A stretch of DNA of 63,186 nt, filler included, from a bacterium (GTDB lineage: Bacteria > JACRDZ01 > JAQUKH01), in the NCBI GenBank assembly GCA_028719205.1. It is 3 parts of 3 records of this genome, joined end to end, with 100 filler letters (N's around TTAATTAATTAA, not from the genome) between each part and the next. Parts side by side here need not be neighbours in the genome. Positions count along the whole stretch, not along the records: positions 1 to 30,595 come from JAQUKH010000031.1; 2 more parts are not named here. One strand, given 5' to 3'. Shown one piece after another: positions 1-10,333 of this stretch. Every line of letters starts with the position of its first letter. Position 1 is the first letter of the stretch. The notes beneath the pieces were generated by a model. The model had not been told where the DNA came from. It did not search any database and worked only from the letters and a program-made list of their open reading frames with translations. The translations under genes were made by a program, and so were the position numbers.

Positions 1-2198
1 TTTTTATCATAAACGATCTCCATCCCGCGCCCGCCCAGAACGTAAGACGGCCTTACAAGCACCGGAAAACCTATGGTTTTCGCTATTTTTACCGCCTGTT
101 CAACCGTTGTCGCCGTCCCGCTCTCCGGCTGGTTAATATTTAGTTTTTCTACTATGCGTTTAAATTTCTTTCTGTCTTCCGCGACATCAATATTTTTAGG
201 ATCCGTCCCGATGATCGGAACCTTATTCTTTTTCAAAGCCATCGCGAGTTTCAGAGGCGTCTGCCCGCCCAACTGAACTATAACGCCCCACGGTTTTTCC
301 TGACGGACAATATTTAAAACATCTTCCAAAGTCAACGGCTCAAAAAATAACCTGTCGGAAATGTCATAATCCGTGCTCACGGTTTCCGGGTTGCTGTTAA
401 CCATAATGGTTTCAAAACCGTCTTCACGAAGCCCCAGAGCGGCCTGTACACAGCAATAATCAAACTCGATCCCCTGTCCTATACGGTTCGGCCCGCTTCC
501 CAGGATCATTACTTTTTTCTTTTTGGAAAGCCTTGCTTCATTTTCTGTTTCATAGGTGGAATAATAATAAGGGGTATACGCCTCAAATTCAGCCGCGCAG
601 GTATCCACCAGTTTATAAACAGGGATAACCTTATTCTTTTCAAGATATGACCGGATCATTTTCAGGTCCTGGTTAAAAATATAACTTAACTGTTTGTCTG
701 AAAAACCGAATTCCTTTGCCTTTTTTAAAAGCGGAAGAGGCATTTCTTCTATTTTTTTGAAATTTTTTATTTCCATCTCACAATCAATGATCTCTTTGAT
801 CTGATGCAGAAACCACGGATCAATAAAGGTTATTTTATATATCTCATCAAGAGTAATTCCTTTTTTAATTGCCTCCCGTAAATAAAAAATGCGGAAAGGA
901 TTCGGGATCTTCAGCCTGTCTTTGACCTCATCCAGCGATTTTATGTCAAAAAATTTTTCTTTTTCATCACACCCCAGACCCGCCCTGTCAAGCTCAAGCG
1001 AACGAATAGCCTTTTGCAGAGACTCTTTAAAAGTCCTGCCGATAGACATCACCTCTCCCACAGATTTCATCTGAGGGCCAAGTGATGAATCTGAACCGGG
1101 AAATTTTTCAAAAGTCCACCGCGGGATCTTTGTAACCACATAATCAATTGTAGGCTCAAACGCCGCGCAGGTTTCTTTTGTGATATCGTTCGGGATCTCA
1201 TCTAATGTATAACCAACCGCGAGTTTCGCGGCAATCTTCGCGATCGGAAAACCGGTCGCCTTTGACGCAAGCGCGGAACTCCGGGAAACCCGGGGATTCA
1301 TCTCAATTACAACCATCCTGCCGTCTTTTGGATTAATTCCAAACTGGATATTTGAACCGCCCGTATCCACGCCGATCTCGCGAATAACGGCAATCGCCGC
1401 GTTACGCATTTTTTGATATTCAACATCAGTAAGTGTTTGTATGGGCGCGACCGTAATACTGTCTCCTGTATGAACTCCCATCGGGTCAAAATTCTCGATC
1501 GAACAGATAACCACCACATTGTCTTTCACGTCCCGCATAACCTCTAATTCAAATTCTTTCCAGCCGATTATGGATTCCTCGATCAAAACCTCTCCGACAG
1601 GGCTCTGCCGCAGGCCCCAATCCAGTTTTTCAATAAAATCTTTCTCATTATAAGCGATATTCCCTCCGCTCCCGCCCAGCGTGAATGACGGCCGGATTAT
1701 CACCGGATAACCGACTTCTTCCACAAACGCCTTCGCGTCATTAAATTTATTAGCATAAAAACTGCGCGGCAGGTCAAGATTGATCTTTTTCATCGCGTCC
1801 TTGAACAGCCTTCTATTTTCCGCCTTTTGGATAGCTTCTATATTCGCCCCGATCAACTGCACATTATATTTTTTAAGTACACCGGATTCGGACAGGGATA
1901 CAGCCGTGTTCAATGCCGTCTGACCGCCCATTGTCGGGAGCAGGGCATCAGGCCTTTCTCTCTCAATGATCAATTCAACTATTTCAGGCGTAACCGGCTC
2001 AATATAAGTTTTATCCGCGAACTCAGGGTCTGTCATAATGGTCGCCGGATTACTATTGACTAAAACTATCTGGTAACCTTCTTCTTTTAAAGCCTTGCAG
2101 GCCTGGGTCCCTGAATAATCAAACTCACATCCCTGCCCGATTATGATAGGGCCTGAACCGATAATCAGGATTTTCTTTATATCTGTACGCTTTGGCAT
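1..2198 (-). CDS. carB: Carbamoyl-phosphate synthase large subunit (runs off window start)
   Basis: Minus strand from ATG at 2198 reads [37 protein letters not shown]; start overlaps the carA stop (TAATG). Confidence 0.97.
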   Translation of the reverse strand, partial: MPKRTDIKKILIIGSGPIIIGQGCEFDYSGTQACKALKEEGYQIVLVNSNPATIMTDPEFADKTYIEPVTPEIVELIIERERPDALLPTMGGQTALNTAVSLSESGVLKKYNVQLIGANIEAIQKAENRRLFKDAMKKINLDLPRSFYANKFNDAKAFVEEVGYPVIIRPSFTLGGSGGNIAYNEKDFIEKLDWGLRQSPVGEVLIEESIIGWKEFELEVMRDVKDNVVVICSIENFDPMGVHTGDSITVAPIQTLTDVEYQKMRNAAIAVIREIGVDTGGSNIQFGINPKDGRMVVIEMNPRVSRSSALASKATGFPIAKIAAKLAVGYTLDEIPNDITKETCAAFEPTIDYVVTKIPRWTFEKFPGSDSSLGPQMKSVGEVMSIGRTFKESLQKAIRSLELDRAGLGCDEKEKFFDIKSLDEVKDRLKIPNPFRIFYLREAIKKGITLDEIYKITFIDPWFLHQIKEIIDCEMEIKNFKKIEEMPLPLLKKAKEFGFSDKQLSYIFNQDLKMIRSYLEKNKVIPVYKLVDTCAAEFEAYTPYYYSTYETENEARLSKKKKVMILGSGPNRIGQGIEFDYCCVQAALGLREDGFETIMVNSNPETVSTDYDISDRLFFEPLTLEDVLNIVRQEKPWGVIVQLGGQTPLKLAMALKKNKVPIIGTDPKNIDVAEDRKKFKRIVEKLNINQPESGTATTVEQAVKIAKTIGFPVLVRPSYVLGGRGMEIVYDK

Positions 2199-3280
2199 TA
2201 TTTTCCTCTTTCCATCATTTCCACAAACCTTCCAAATAAATATTTAGAATCATGCGGCCCCGGTCCCGCCTCCGGATGATACTGAACAGAAAAAACCGGA
2301 AGTGTTTTATGCTTTATTCCTTCGACTGTCTGGTCATTCAAATTTATATGAGTAACCTCAACTTTATTTTTATCCAGAGAATTCATATCAACCGCGAAAC
2401 CATGATTTTGTGTTGTTATCTCGATCTTTCCTGTAGTCAGGTCTTTAACAGGCTGATTAGCTCCATGATGTCCGAATTTCAGTTTGTAAGTTTTACCGCC
2501 TAACGCGAGCCCCAATAATTGATGGCCGAGGCAAATACCAAAAACAGGAACCTTACCGATCAATTTTTTTATATTTTCGGCCGCGTATGTAACAGCCTCA
2601 GGGTCTCCCGGGCCGTTTGATAAAAACACACCATCGGGATTTTCCGATAAAATTTCGGAGGCTTGTGTTTGCGCGGGAACTATTTTTAAAGAACATCCCA
2701 AATTCGCGAGGTCACGGAGCTGATTATATTTAATCCCAAAATCATAACAAATTACTTTGTATTTCCCTGCGTCATTCCAATGATAAGGCTCTTGACAGGT
2801 TACTTCTTTTACCAAATCCCGTCCGACCAGATCCGGCGATAATTTTACTCTTTTAATTAAAGTTTTAATATTAAGTTCTTCTCCGACAAAAATACCGCCT
2901 TTCATCGCGCCTTTGGTCCTGATATGGCGGGTAATTGCCCTTGTATCAACACCTTCAATACCGGAAATATTATTTTTAATGAGGTAGTCTTCAATAGTAC
3001 TCGTCCCCCTGACATTACTGAAGACCCGGCTGAATTCTTTTGCGATAAAAGCTTCAACCCATGGTTTTCGGGATTCAATATCAGTTTCGTTTAAGCCGTA
3101 ATTCCCGATATGAGGATATGTCATTGTGACTATCTGGCCTCTGTAAGAAGGATCCGTAAGTATTTCCTGATACCCTGTCATACTGGTATTAAAAACAACC
3201 TCACCCGTTCTTTCTTCCCGCGAGCCAAAAGATCTTCCCTCAAAAAAAGTTCCATCTTCCAAAACTAATAATGCCTTCAT
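2198..3280 (-). CDS. carA: Carbamoyl-phosphate synthase small subunit
   Basis: [34 protein letters not shown] motifs; true start [10 protein letters not shown] at 3280 with ATGA overlap to pyrC. Confidence 0.97.
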   Translation of the reverse strand: MKALLVLEDGTFFEGRSFGSREERTGEVVFNTSMTGYQEILTDPSYRGQIVTMTYPHIGNYGLNETDIESRKPWVEAFIAKEFSRVFSNVRGTSTIEDYLIKNNISGIEGVDTRAITRHIRTKGAMKGGIFVGEELNIKTLIKRVKLSPDLVGRDLVKEVTCQEPYHWNDAGKYKVICYDFGIKYNQLRDLANLGCSLKIVPAQTQASEILSENPDGVFLSNGPGDPEAVTYAAENIKKLIGKVPVFGICLGHQLLGLALGGKTYKLKFGHHGANQPVKDLTTGKIEITTQNHGFAVDMNSLDKNKVEVTHINLNDQTVEGIKHKTLPVFSVQYHPEAGPGPHDSKYLFGRFVEMMERGK

Positions 3281-4569
3281 TTGTTCGCTACCTTTCCGTC
3301 TTCCATTACTATCTTTCCGCCGACTATTGTCATCACCGGCAATCCCGTTACTTTCCATCCTGAAAACGGGGTATTTTTACCCTTTGATAAAAATGAATTG
3401 GCATCAATAACTGATTCTTTTCTAAGATCCAAAACAGTGATATCCGCGTCTTTTCCTTTTTGCAAGGTACCCTTATCCAATTTTAAAATCCCGGCAGGAT
3501 TTAAAGTAAATTTTCCCACCATTTCTGACAATGCCAGTTTTTTATGATGGACCAATTTCGTCAAAATAACAGAAACCGATGTCTCCAGCCCAACCATTCC
3601 AAACGCGGCCTGGTCAAATTCGACTTCTTTATCGGTTCTCGCGTGAGGCGCATGGTCGCTCGCAATACAATCGATCGTTCCATCATTCAATCCTTCAAGC
3701 AGGGCGATCCGGTCTTCTTCTCCCCGCAAAGGCGGATTTACCTTTGTATTTGTATCAAATCCGTCAACAAGGCTTTCATCCAGTACTAAGTGATGCGGCG
3801 TAACCTCGGCTGTCACATTTACCCCGCGTTTTTTCGCCTGGCGGACCAACTCAACTGAATATGAAGAACTTATATGGGCAATATGCAAACGGCTCTTTGT
3901 AAATTCAGCCAATTGAATATCCCTTGCGACAATTACCTCTTCCGCGGCTTTAGGAATCCCGATCAACCCAAGTTTTGTAGAAATAAATCCTTCATTTATC
4001 ATGCCGTTTTTTGACAGATTAAAATCTTCACAATGAGAAATAATTATTAGATCAAACAATTTCGCGTATTCAAACGCGCGCCGCATCAAATCCGCGTTCT
4101 GGATGCATTTTCCGTCATCAGACAACGCCCTGGCGCCGTTTGATAAAAGTTCCCCCATCTCCGTCAATTCCTCACCCTTTAAATCCTTTGAAATCGCTCC
4201 GATAGGAAAAACATTTACTATTCCCTCTTCTTTTGCCCGGTTAGCAATAAATCTGATCACTGCCTGATTATCAGCGACAGGTTTAGTATTAGGCATACAG
4301 GCGATCGAGGTAAACCCCCCGCGCGCGGCCGCGTAAGTTCCGGTCTTTATTGTTTCTTTATATTCATAACCGGGTTCCCTGAGATGGACATGCATATCAA
4401 TAAAGCCCGGACAGATTATTTTATTGGTAAGGTCAATAATACTTTTTGCCTTATTATCAAGGTTATTGCCCAATTCAACAATTTTACCCTTTTCAATTAA
4501 AACATCTAATTTGGCATCTATTTTTTGAGACGGATCAATAACACGGCCATTTTTTAATAAAAGATTCAT
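3277..4569 (-). CDS. pyrC: Dihydroorotase
   Basis: PGFIDMHVHLREPG, MPNTKP, KVNPPLR, ASDHAPH; start MNLLLKNG at 4569 because the upstream ATG lies inside a REP repeat. Confidence 0.96.
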   Translation of the reverse strand: MNLLLKNGRVIDPSQKIDAKLDVLIEKGKIVELGNNLDNKAKSIIDLTNKIICPGFIDMHVHLREPGYEYKETIKTGTYAAARGGFTSIACMPNTKPVADNQAVIRFIANRAKEEGIVNVFPIGAISKDLKGEELTEMGELLSNGARALSDDGKCIQNADLMRRAFEYAKLFDLIIISHCEDFNLSKNGMINEGFISTKLGLIGIPKAAEEVIVARDIQLAEFTKSRLHIAHISSSYSVELVRQAKKRGVNVTAEVTPHHLVLDESLVDGFDTNTKVNPPLRGEEDRIALLEGLNDGTIDCIASDHAPHARTDKEVEFDQAAFGMVGLETSVSVILTKLVHHKKLALSEMVGKFTLNPAGILKLDKGTLQKGKDADITVLDLRKESVIDANSFLSKGKNTPFSGWKVTGLPVMTIVGGKIVMEDGKVANK

Positions 4570-4580
4570 TTTTCCTCTTT

Positions 4581-4680
4581 GTAGGGGCGAACCCATGTGT
4601 TCGCCCTGTACCGTACGGTGCAGGGTTCGCCCTCTTCATATTTATATTTACATTGGGCAGACACACGGGTCTGCCCCTAC
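4581..4680. repeat. GTAG-type REP doublet (REPIN-like)
   Basis: GTAGGGGCGAACCCATGTGTTCGCCC ... GGGCAGACACACGGGTCTGCCCCTAC in inverted orientation; near-identical copies at 31460 and 47429. Confidence 0.85.
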
Positions 4681-4694
4681 AATATATATATTTA

Positions 4695-5615
4695 TTATTT
4701 TCTTGTTCCCAGTAAATACAACACCGCCATCCTGACGGACACCCCGCTTGACACCTGCTCATTGATCAACGAAAGCGGCCCGTCAGCAACCTCAGGAGAA
4801 ATTTCTACTCCCCTGTTGATCGGGCCTGGATGCATTACTAAAACATCTTTTTTTGCCAAAGAAAGCCTTTCCTGATTCAAACCGAATAATCTGGAATATT
4901 CTCTTATGCTTGGTAAAAAACCGCCCTTTTGCCTTTCCTGCTGGATCCTTAAAAGATAAATAACATCCGCCTTTTTTAAAGATTCATCAAGATTATAGGA
5001 AACCTGAACTCCCATTTTTTCAACTTCCCGCGGTAAAAAAGTCGGAGGCGCGACTATTGTTATTTCCGCGCCTAATTTTTTCATTCCCCATATATTAGAA
5101 CGGGCTACCCTGCTGTGAAATATGTCCCCGACAATAACAACTTTAAGCCCTTCTATCCGTTTTTTCTTCTTTGAGATCGTAAACATATCAAGCAAGGCCT
5201 GTGTCGGATGTTCATGCATCCCATCGCCCGCGTTAATTACCGAAAATCCTGAATGTTTCGATAAAAGACTAGGAGCGCCTGAAGAGGAATGGCGGATAAT
5301 AACAATATCAGCATTCATTGCCTCCAATGTCTTTCCTGTATCAAGCAAAGTTTCCCCTTTTGTAACACTGCTCGAGCTAACCTGAATATTTATCATATCT
5401 CCGCTCAACCGCTTCCCGGCAAGCTCAAACGAGGTTCTGGTACGGGTACTTGCCTCATAAAAAAGATTAATAATTGTTTTCCCGCGCAATGTAGGAACTT
5501 TTTTAATATCCCGCCCTGAAACCTCCTCGAATAACTTTGCGGTCTCTAATATTAACTCAATTTCCTCACGGGACATGTATTCTAAACCCAGCAGGTCTTT
5601 TGATTTTAATTGCAT
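4695..5615 (-). CDS. pyrB: Aspartate carbamoyltransferase catalytic subunit
   Basis: [27 protein letters not shown] motifs. Confidence 0.97.
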   Translation of the reverse strand: MQLKSKDLLGLEYMSREEIELILETAKLFEEVSGRDIKKVPTLRGKTIINLFYEASTRTRTSFELAGKRLSGDMINIQVSSSSVTKGETLLDTGKTLEAMNADIVIIRHSSSGAPSLLSKHSGFSVINAGDGMHEHPTQALLDMFTISKKKKRIEGLKVVIVGDIFHSRVARSNIWGMKKLGAEITIVAPPTFLPREVEKMGVQVSYNLDESLKKADVIYLLRIQQERQKGGFLPSIREYSRLFGLNQERLSLAKKDVLVMHPGPINRGVEISPEVADGPLSLINEQVSSGVSVRMAVLYLLGTRK

Positions 5616-6157
5616 TATGCCTCACTCCTTACAATTATTATCTCATCCTTCCCATCCAATTCCGCGAACCTGACTATTATTTTTTCTTCCAGCGAAGTCG
5701 GCACATTTTTCCCGACATAATCCGGTTTGATCGGCAGCTCCCTGTGGCCTCTATCAACCATAACAGCTAATTGGATGCCTCTGGGCCTTCCAAAATCAAT
5801 TAAAGCGTCCAGTGCCGCCCTGATAGTTCTTCCCGTAAAGATAACTTCATCGACTAAAATGACCTTTTTATCCTGAATATCAAAAGAAATATCGGTTTTT
5901 TTTACTATAGGATTCTTTATCCCGCTTGACGTATCATCCCGGTAAAGGGTTATATCCAAAGCCCCAAGCGGCAGATCTTGCCCGATTATTTCTTTGATCT
6001 TTTGAGAAAGCCTCTGGGCAAAATAATAACCCCTTGTCTGTATTCCAACAATTACTAAGTTGCCGGTATCTTTGTTTCTCTCCAATATTTCATGAGCCAT
6101 TCTATTAATGGTCCTATTAAGTATTTCCGCGTCTATTACCTGAGTTTCTTTTTCCAT
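5615..6157 (-). CDS. pyrR: Pyrimidine operon attenuation protein / UPRTase
   Basis: [30 protein letters not shown] motifs; first gene of the pyr operon. Confidence 0.97.
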   Translation of the reverse strand: MEKETQVIDAEILNRTINRMAHEILERNKDTGNLVIVGIQTRGYYFAQRLSQKIKEIIGQDLPLGALDITLYRDDTSSGIKNPIVKKTDISFDIQDKKVILVDEVIFTGRTIRAALDALIDFGRPRGIQLAVMVDRGHRELPIKPDYVGKNVPTSLEEKIIVRFAELDGKDEIIIVRSEA

Positions 6158-6169
6158 TTATCAAATCCT

Positions 6170-6244
6170 TTACAAAAAAAAACCTCCCCATCCGCCTATG
6201 GCGGATAGGAAGGCATCATATAATTTTTTATTGTTTTTTATCAT
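6170..6244 (-). CDS. Putative 24-aa pyr leader peptide MIKNNKKLYDAFLSAIGGWGGFFL
   Basis: AAAGGA SD ends 7 nt before the ATG at 6244; the frame reads through the terminator to TAA at 6170. Confidence 0.4.
   Translation of the reverse strand: MIKNNKKLYDAFLSAIGGWGGFFL
6174..6214 (-). terminator. Attenuator terminator upstream of pyrR
   Basis: CCTTCCTATCCGCC-ATA-GGCGGATGGGGAGG followed by T9. Confidence 0.85.
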
Positions 6245-6252
6245 TTAATTTT

Positions 6253-6283
6253 CCTTTCCAGTTTCACAGAACCAGTTTAAAGG
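6253..6283 (-). promoter_or_regulatory. PyrR-binding RNA stem-loop
   Basis: CCUUUAAACUGGUUCUGUGAAACUGGAAAGG resembles the PyrR binding-loop consensus (CUUUAA..AGUCCNGNGAGGCU..AAGG); sits upstream of a terminator and pyrR. Confidence 0.85.
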
Positions 6284-6291
6284 TTGGGTAT

Positions 6292-6319
6292 ATTATAACA
6301 ATAAAAATTGCTTTGTCAA
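6292..6319 (-). promoter_or_regulatory. Sigma70 promoter of pyr operon
   Basis: TTGACA-16 nt-TATAAT with extended -10 TG. Confidence 0.8.
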
Positions 6320-6341
6320 GAAATTTCCATCGTAATTATTC

Positions 6342-6923
6342 CTATTTATAGCTTAATTCTCCGCCAATAAAATTGGTACCTGCAATAATACCGGTGGGTA
6401 ATGCTGAGGTAAGACTGCTGTTAGTAGTATTAAATCCTATTGAAGTCGCGGTCTGAGTTATTAAAGCTCTTAGAGTAATTGTGGCTAATGTCCCATCACC
6501 GGCTTTTCCTGAAGCAGCAATACCTCTTTTGCTGGCTCCAATAAGTAATATTCCTTCCCGCCCCTGGTATAAAACGGGATAAAAATCTATATCTTTCTCA
6601 TTACCAAGATAATCACCTTTAGAAGAGGATACATAACTTATTTTGTTACTGTCATAGTTTATTTCCAACGCCACCCCATAAACATTACTTCCGCCTTTCA
6701 CATTAACAGCCAAAACTATTTCATTATTACTGTTCGACAGTTTTTTCAAAAATACAGAATTATCTTCCGGAATACCACTCATACTATAGTAAATCACCCT
6801 GTCAGAACCGGTTGGGCCGGTGCTGATATTTTCCTCTTTATTTTTGCTACAACTGCCTAAAACTGATAAGAACAAAATACCTATCGCGTAAAAATAAATT
6901 TTTATATTTTTTCTTATCCTCAT
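6342..6923 (-). CDS. Lipoprotein with cohesin-like domain
   Basis: Lipobox-like LGSC; VLAVNVKGGSNVYGVALEINYDSNKISY ... GDGTLATITLRA fits the cohesin beta-sandwich pattern. Confidence 0.7.
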   Translation of the reverse strand: MRIRKNIKIYFYAIGILFLSVLGSCSKNKEENISTGPTGSDRVIYYSMSGIPEDNSVFLKKLSNSNNEIVLAVNVKGGSNVYGVALEINYDSNKISYVSSSKGDYLGNEKDIDFYPVLYQGREGILLIGASKRGIAASGKAGDGTLATITLRALITQTATSIGFNTTNSSLTSALPTGIIAGTNFIGGELSYK

Positions 6924-6941
6924 CTTTACCCCTATTTAGTT

Positions 6942-8885
6942 TTATTTACCAAAATTAATTGCCAATATCGCAAGGTCATTTCCATCAACAAAATTGTTTT
7001 TGTCAAAATCGGCAGAAATATTCCAATTAGGATTTCCCGGTTTAGAACCGAATGCCAGATCAAAAACATATAGATCATAGCCATCAACCCGATTTTCTGA
7101 ACCGGGGGAAACTTTATCAATATTTACCTGTAACGTACCCGACAATAAATTAGTCACATTATTAGACTGTAGAATTGTACCGCTCATTCCAACCGCGACA
7201 AACGTATTATTTCCATATATTACGCCTAAAAGACTATTAGCAAGCACAGATGTTCTGCTGATCCAGGTATTTCCATCTGACGATGTCAATATTGTTCCAC
7301 CCCATCCTCCTACCGCAACAAAAGTGTTATTTCCACAGGTTACTCCATAAAGGTCATTAGTGATCCCTGAGGTCTTGCTTGTCCAGATACTTCCCTCCGA
7401 TGATGTCAAAATCGTTCCATTCTTTCCTATCGTCACAAACATGTTATTTCCATATATTATTCCATAAAGATCATTAGTAATACCGGATGTCCTGCTTATC
7501 CATGTATTACCGTCTGACGATGTCAATATTGTTCCACTTTCTCCTACGGCCACAAATGTGTTATTCCCATAGGTTACTCCGGAAAGATATTTAGTAGTTC
7601 CAGATGTCCTGCTTGTCCAGGTATTCCCGTTTGACGATGTCAAAATTGTTCCGGTTTCCCCCACCGACACAAACATGCTGTTTTCATATATTACCCCATA
7701 GAGATTATTAGTAGTATTAGCAGTATCAGATGTTATACTTGTCCATGAACTTCCGGCAGTTGATCTCAAAATTGTTCCGCTCTTTCCCACAGCTATAAAG
7801 GTATTATTTCCATAGGTTACGCCATAAAGATCACTGGTACTTTCTAATGTCCTGCTGGCCCAAACATTCCCATCCGGTGATGTCAAAATTGTACCGCTCT
7901 TTCCGACCGTCACAAACATATCATTTCCCCAGGTTATTCCATAAAGATCAGTGGTACTTCCTGATGTCCTGCTGGTCCAGACATTCCCTTCCGGCGATGT
8001 CAATATTGTTCCATAATGTCTCACCACTACAAACGTGTTTTTTCCATATATTATTCCCAAAAGGTCATTAGCAGTTCCTGAGGTCCTGCTGGTCCAGGTA
8101 ATCCCATCTGGCGATATCAATATTATTCCTTTCTCCCCCACGGTTACAAATGTGTTATTTCCACAAATTATCCTGAAAAGCGAATTACCGGTTTCAGATG
8201 TTCCAATCGTCCAGGTACTGCCATCAGATGATGTCAATATTGTTCCAAGCCTTCCCACAGCCACAAATATGCTATTTTCATAAGTTATTCCATAAAGATC
8301 ATTATTCGTTTTTGATATACTATCAGCCCATGTAATACCATCAGACGATGTCAATATTGTTCCTATTTCTCCCGCCGCCGCAAAAATATTATTTCCGTAA
8401 GTTATACCTGAAAGATCCTTGGTTGTTCCTGAGGTCCTGCTGATCCATATATTTCCATCTGATGATGTCAAAATCGTTCCACTTTTTCCGATCGCTACAA
8501 ACATATTATTTTCATAGGTTATTTCTGAGAGATCATTAACAGTTCCTGATGTTACACTAGTCCATATATTTCCATCAGAGGATTTCAAAATTATTCCGCT
8601 TTCTCCCACCGCCACAAACAAACTATTCCCATAGGTTATTCCTGAAAGATAATTAACAGTTCCGGAAGCCCCGCTGGCCCAGGTATTACCATCTAACGAT
8701 GTCAAAATTGTTCCACTGTCTCCCACCGCGACAAACATGTTATATCCATATGTTATACTGTTAAGCGGATTCCCCTGCGGCAAAGGATTTCTCCAGTGCC
8801 AGTTGTCTAAAGGTTCAGCGGAAACCTTTGAAGATAAAACTATTACAAACAAAATTAATAACATTAATAATTTATTTTTTTTCAT
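6942..8885 (-). CDS. Secreted Asp-box/BNR beta-propeller repeat protein with C-terminal dockerin
   Basis: Signal peptide; 14 repeats of about 39 aa (LYGITYGNNTFVAVGESGTILTSSDGNTW); C-terminal NRVDGYDL...ADFDKNNFVDGNDLAILAINFG. Confidence 0.85.
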   Translation of the reverse strand: MKKNKLLMLLILFVIVLSSKVSAEPLDNWHWRNPLPQGNPLNSITYGYNMFVAVGDSGTILTSLDGNTWASGASGTVNYLSGITYGNSLFVAVGESGIILKSSDGNIWTSVTSGTVNDLSEITYENNMFVAIGKSGTILTSSDGNIWISRTSGTTKDLSGITYGNNIFAAAGEIGTILTSSDGITWADSISKTNNDLYGITYENSIFVAVGRLGTILTSSDGSTWTIGTSETGNSLFRIICGNNTFVTVGEKGIILISPDGITWTSRTSGTANDLLGIIYGKNTFVVVRHYGTILTSPEGNVWTSRTSGSTTDLYGITWGNDMFVTVGKSGTILTSPDGNVWASRTLESTSDLYGVTYGNNTFIAVGKSGTILRSTAGSSWTSITSDTANTTNNLYGVIYENSMFVSVGETGTILTSSNGNTWTSRTSGTTKYLSGVTYGNNTFVAVGESGTILTSSDGNTWISRTSGITNDLYGIIYGNNMFVTIGKNGTILTSSEGSIWTSKTSGITNDLYGVTCGNNTFVAVGGWGGTILTSSDGNTWISRTSVLANSLLGVIYGNNTFVAVGMSGTILQSNNVTNLLSGTLQVNIDKVSPGSENRVDGYDLYVFDLAFGSKPGNPNWNISADFDKNNFVDGNDLAILAINFGK

Positions 8886-8924
8886 TTTCTAATTTATTAT
8901 AGCAAAAATACAAAAACAGTCAAT

Positions 8925-8964
8925 AAAAAAGGCCCCTCTGATGTAACATCAAAGAGGCCTTTTT
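8925..8964. terminator. Intrinsic terminator after the porin gene (possibly bidirectional)
   Basis: AAAAAAGGCCCCTCTGATG-TAA-CATCAAAGAGGCCTTTTT. Confidence 0.7.
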
Positions 8965-8983
8965 ATAATTTAAAAATAACTAA

Positions 8984-10003
8984 TTAAAACTCAGCTGCGA
9001 TACCTAATGAAATATTATTCGCTACTGGATCAATATCTTTCAGCTTGCTTCCTAATACATCCGCTCTTAATATTCCAGTAACTCCATCAGCTATTTTGCA
9101 ATTGGCTTTTAAAGTAATCGCGCTTGATTTTCCAAACATATCATAACCAAGGCTTAAATCATGTCTTTCGCCTATTTTGTAACCAACCGCTAAAACTATT
9201 TCACTTGTTGGAGCAGCTTTTGTCGGGTCAGCAATATCTGTTTCGGTAGCACCTCCTGTTACTTTCTTATCAAGGCCGCCAATAAATTGAACCGTCAAAT
9301 CCACCGGATTTAATTTATATCCAACATTAGCAGCAAAGAATGAACCTTTTACACCATCATCGTCATTAGTATCTGCATTATAAGTAACACCTATTTGTGC
9401 ACCAGAAACTTCAGCACCTAAATTTATAACTGCATCTTTTGATATCGGCGCAGTGGCTGCATTACCGGCAACATCAACACCATTTGCGGTGGCCTTTGTG
9501 TATGAACCATCAACTATTGCGATTGCATATGAAACCATATCCGCTTTCCCGTTATAAGCAACTTGTCTCGTACTATTTGTAGTTAATTTATTGCCTAAAC
9601 ATTCTTTATTTGCAATAGTTTCTCTAATAGCAAATCCAGGTATGGATGTCGCTCCAATTACAAGATTTCCACCACCAATTGCCATGTTAATATAGGTATT
9701 TCCAATACCGGCATTCGCCGCTTCTAATGTAGCTACATTGGTAGCACAAAAATTATTGGAAATTTGCGCGCTGATTTTATCAGTAAGAGTAGCTTTCGCT
9801 GTTAATCTTGCTTCACGAAGATTAAAAGCCTTAAGATTATAACTAGTTTTATTGAACTCACCTGCTGCATCCGTTGAAGTTAAACCACCTAATTCCTGTC
9901 TAACATCAACTTTACCGCTGATCTTTACATCCGCGGCGCTTGACAAACTAACCAAGCCCATAAACATTGCTGCTGCCAAAATAGATATACTGAGTTTTCT
10001 CAT
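8984..10003 (-). CDS. Outer-membrane porin-like beta-barrel
   Basis: Signal peptide, DVKISGKVDVR first strand, alternating beta pattern, C-terminal ISLGIAAEF; strong AGGAGG RBS. Confidence 0.75.
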   Translation of the reverse strand: MRKLSISILAAAMFMGLVSLSSAADVKISGKVDVRQELGGLTSTDAAGEFNKTSYNLKAFNLREARLTAKATLTDKISAQISNNFCATNVATLEAANAGIGNTYINMAIGGGNLVIGATSIPGFAIRETIANKECLGNKLTTNSTRQVAYNGKADMVSYAIAIVDGSYTKATANGVDVAGNAATAPISKDAVINLGAEVSGAQIGVTYNADTNDDDGVKGSFFAANVGYKLNPVDLTVQFIGGLDKKVTGGATETDIADPTKAAPTSEIVLAVGYKIGERHDLSLGYDMFGKSSAITLKANCKIADGVTGILRADVLGSKLKDIDPVANNISLGIAAEF

Positions 10004-10333
10004 TTTTTACTTCCTCCTTTTTACTTTATGTTTATTACGCAGAGAATATATAAAATAATCTACCCACCCTTCAGAACTTTTATTACTCTCTAATTATTAC
10101 CGGTCTTATCATTACCACTAAAGATCTTTTTACTTTTAACCGCCTCCTTTCTCTATTTTTTTATCTAAAAAAATATGGCTGAAGACGAAATTACATCTTA
10201 ATCTTTTATCTATCTTGTGACAAAATTTATCATATTATCAAACCAATGTCAAGGGAAAAAGCACCCGAAGTTCAAGCAAAATAACAGTCAGGCCTGCTAC
10301 TGTAATAAAATATCGGAATATACAATAAAAACT

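Noticed and set aside
73-2503. Short plus-strand ORFs here and similar ORFs opposite most long genes
   Set aside because: Antisense or out-of-frame shadows of well-supported genes, with no motifs
3281-3358. N-terminal extension of the carA ORF, and of pyrC at 4570-4596
   Set aside because: The extensions overlap the upstream gene or a REP; conserved sequence starts at 3280 and 4569
5835-5862. PyrR PRPP loop reads VDEV instead of VDDV
   Set aside because: Single conservative change; cannot support a loss-of-function claim
7165-8765. Regularly spaced DNA repeats as a possible CRISPR array
   Set aside because: The 117-bp period is in-frame protein repeat coding; no unique spacers and no cas genes
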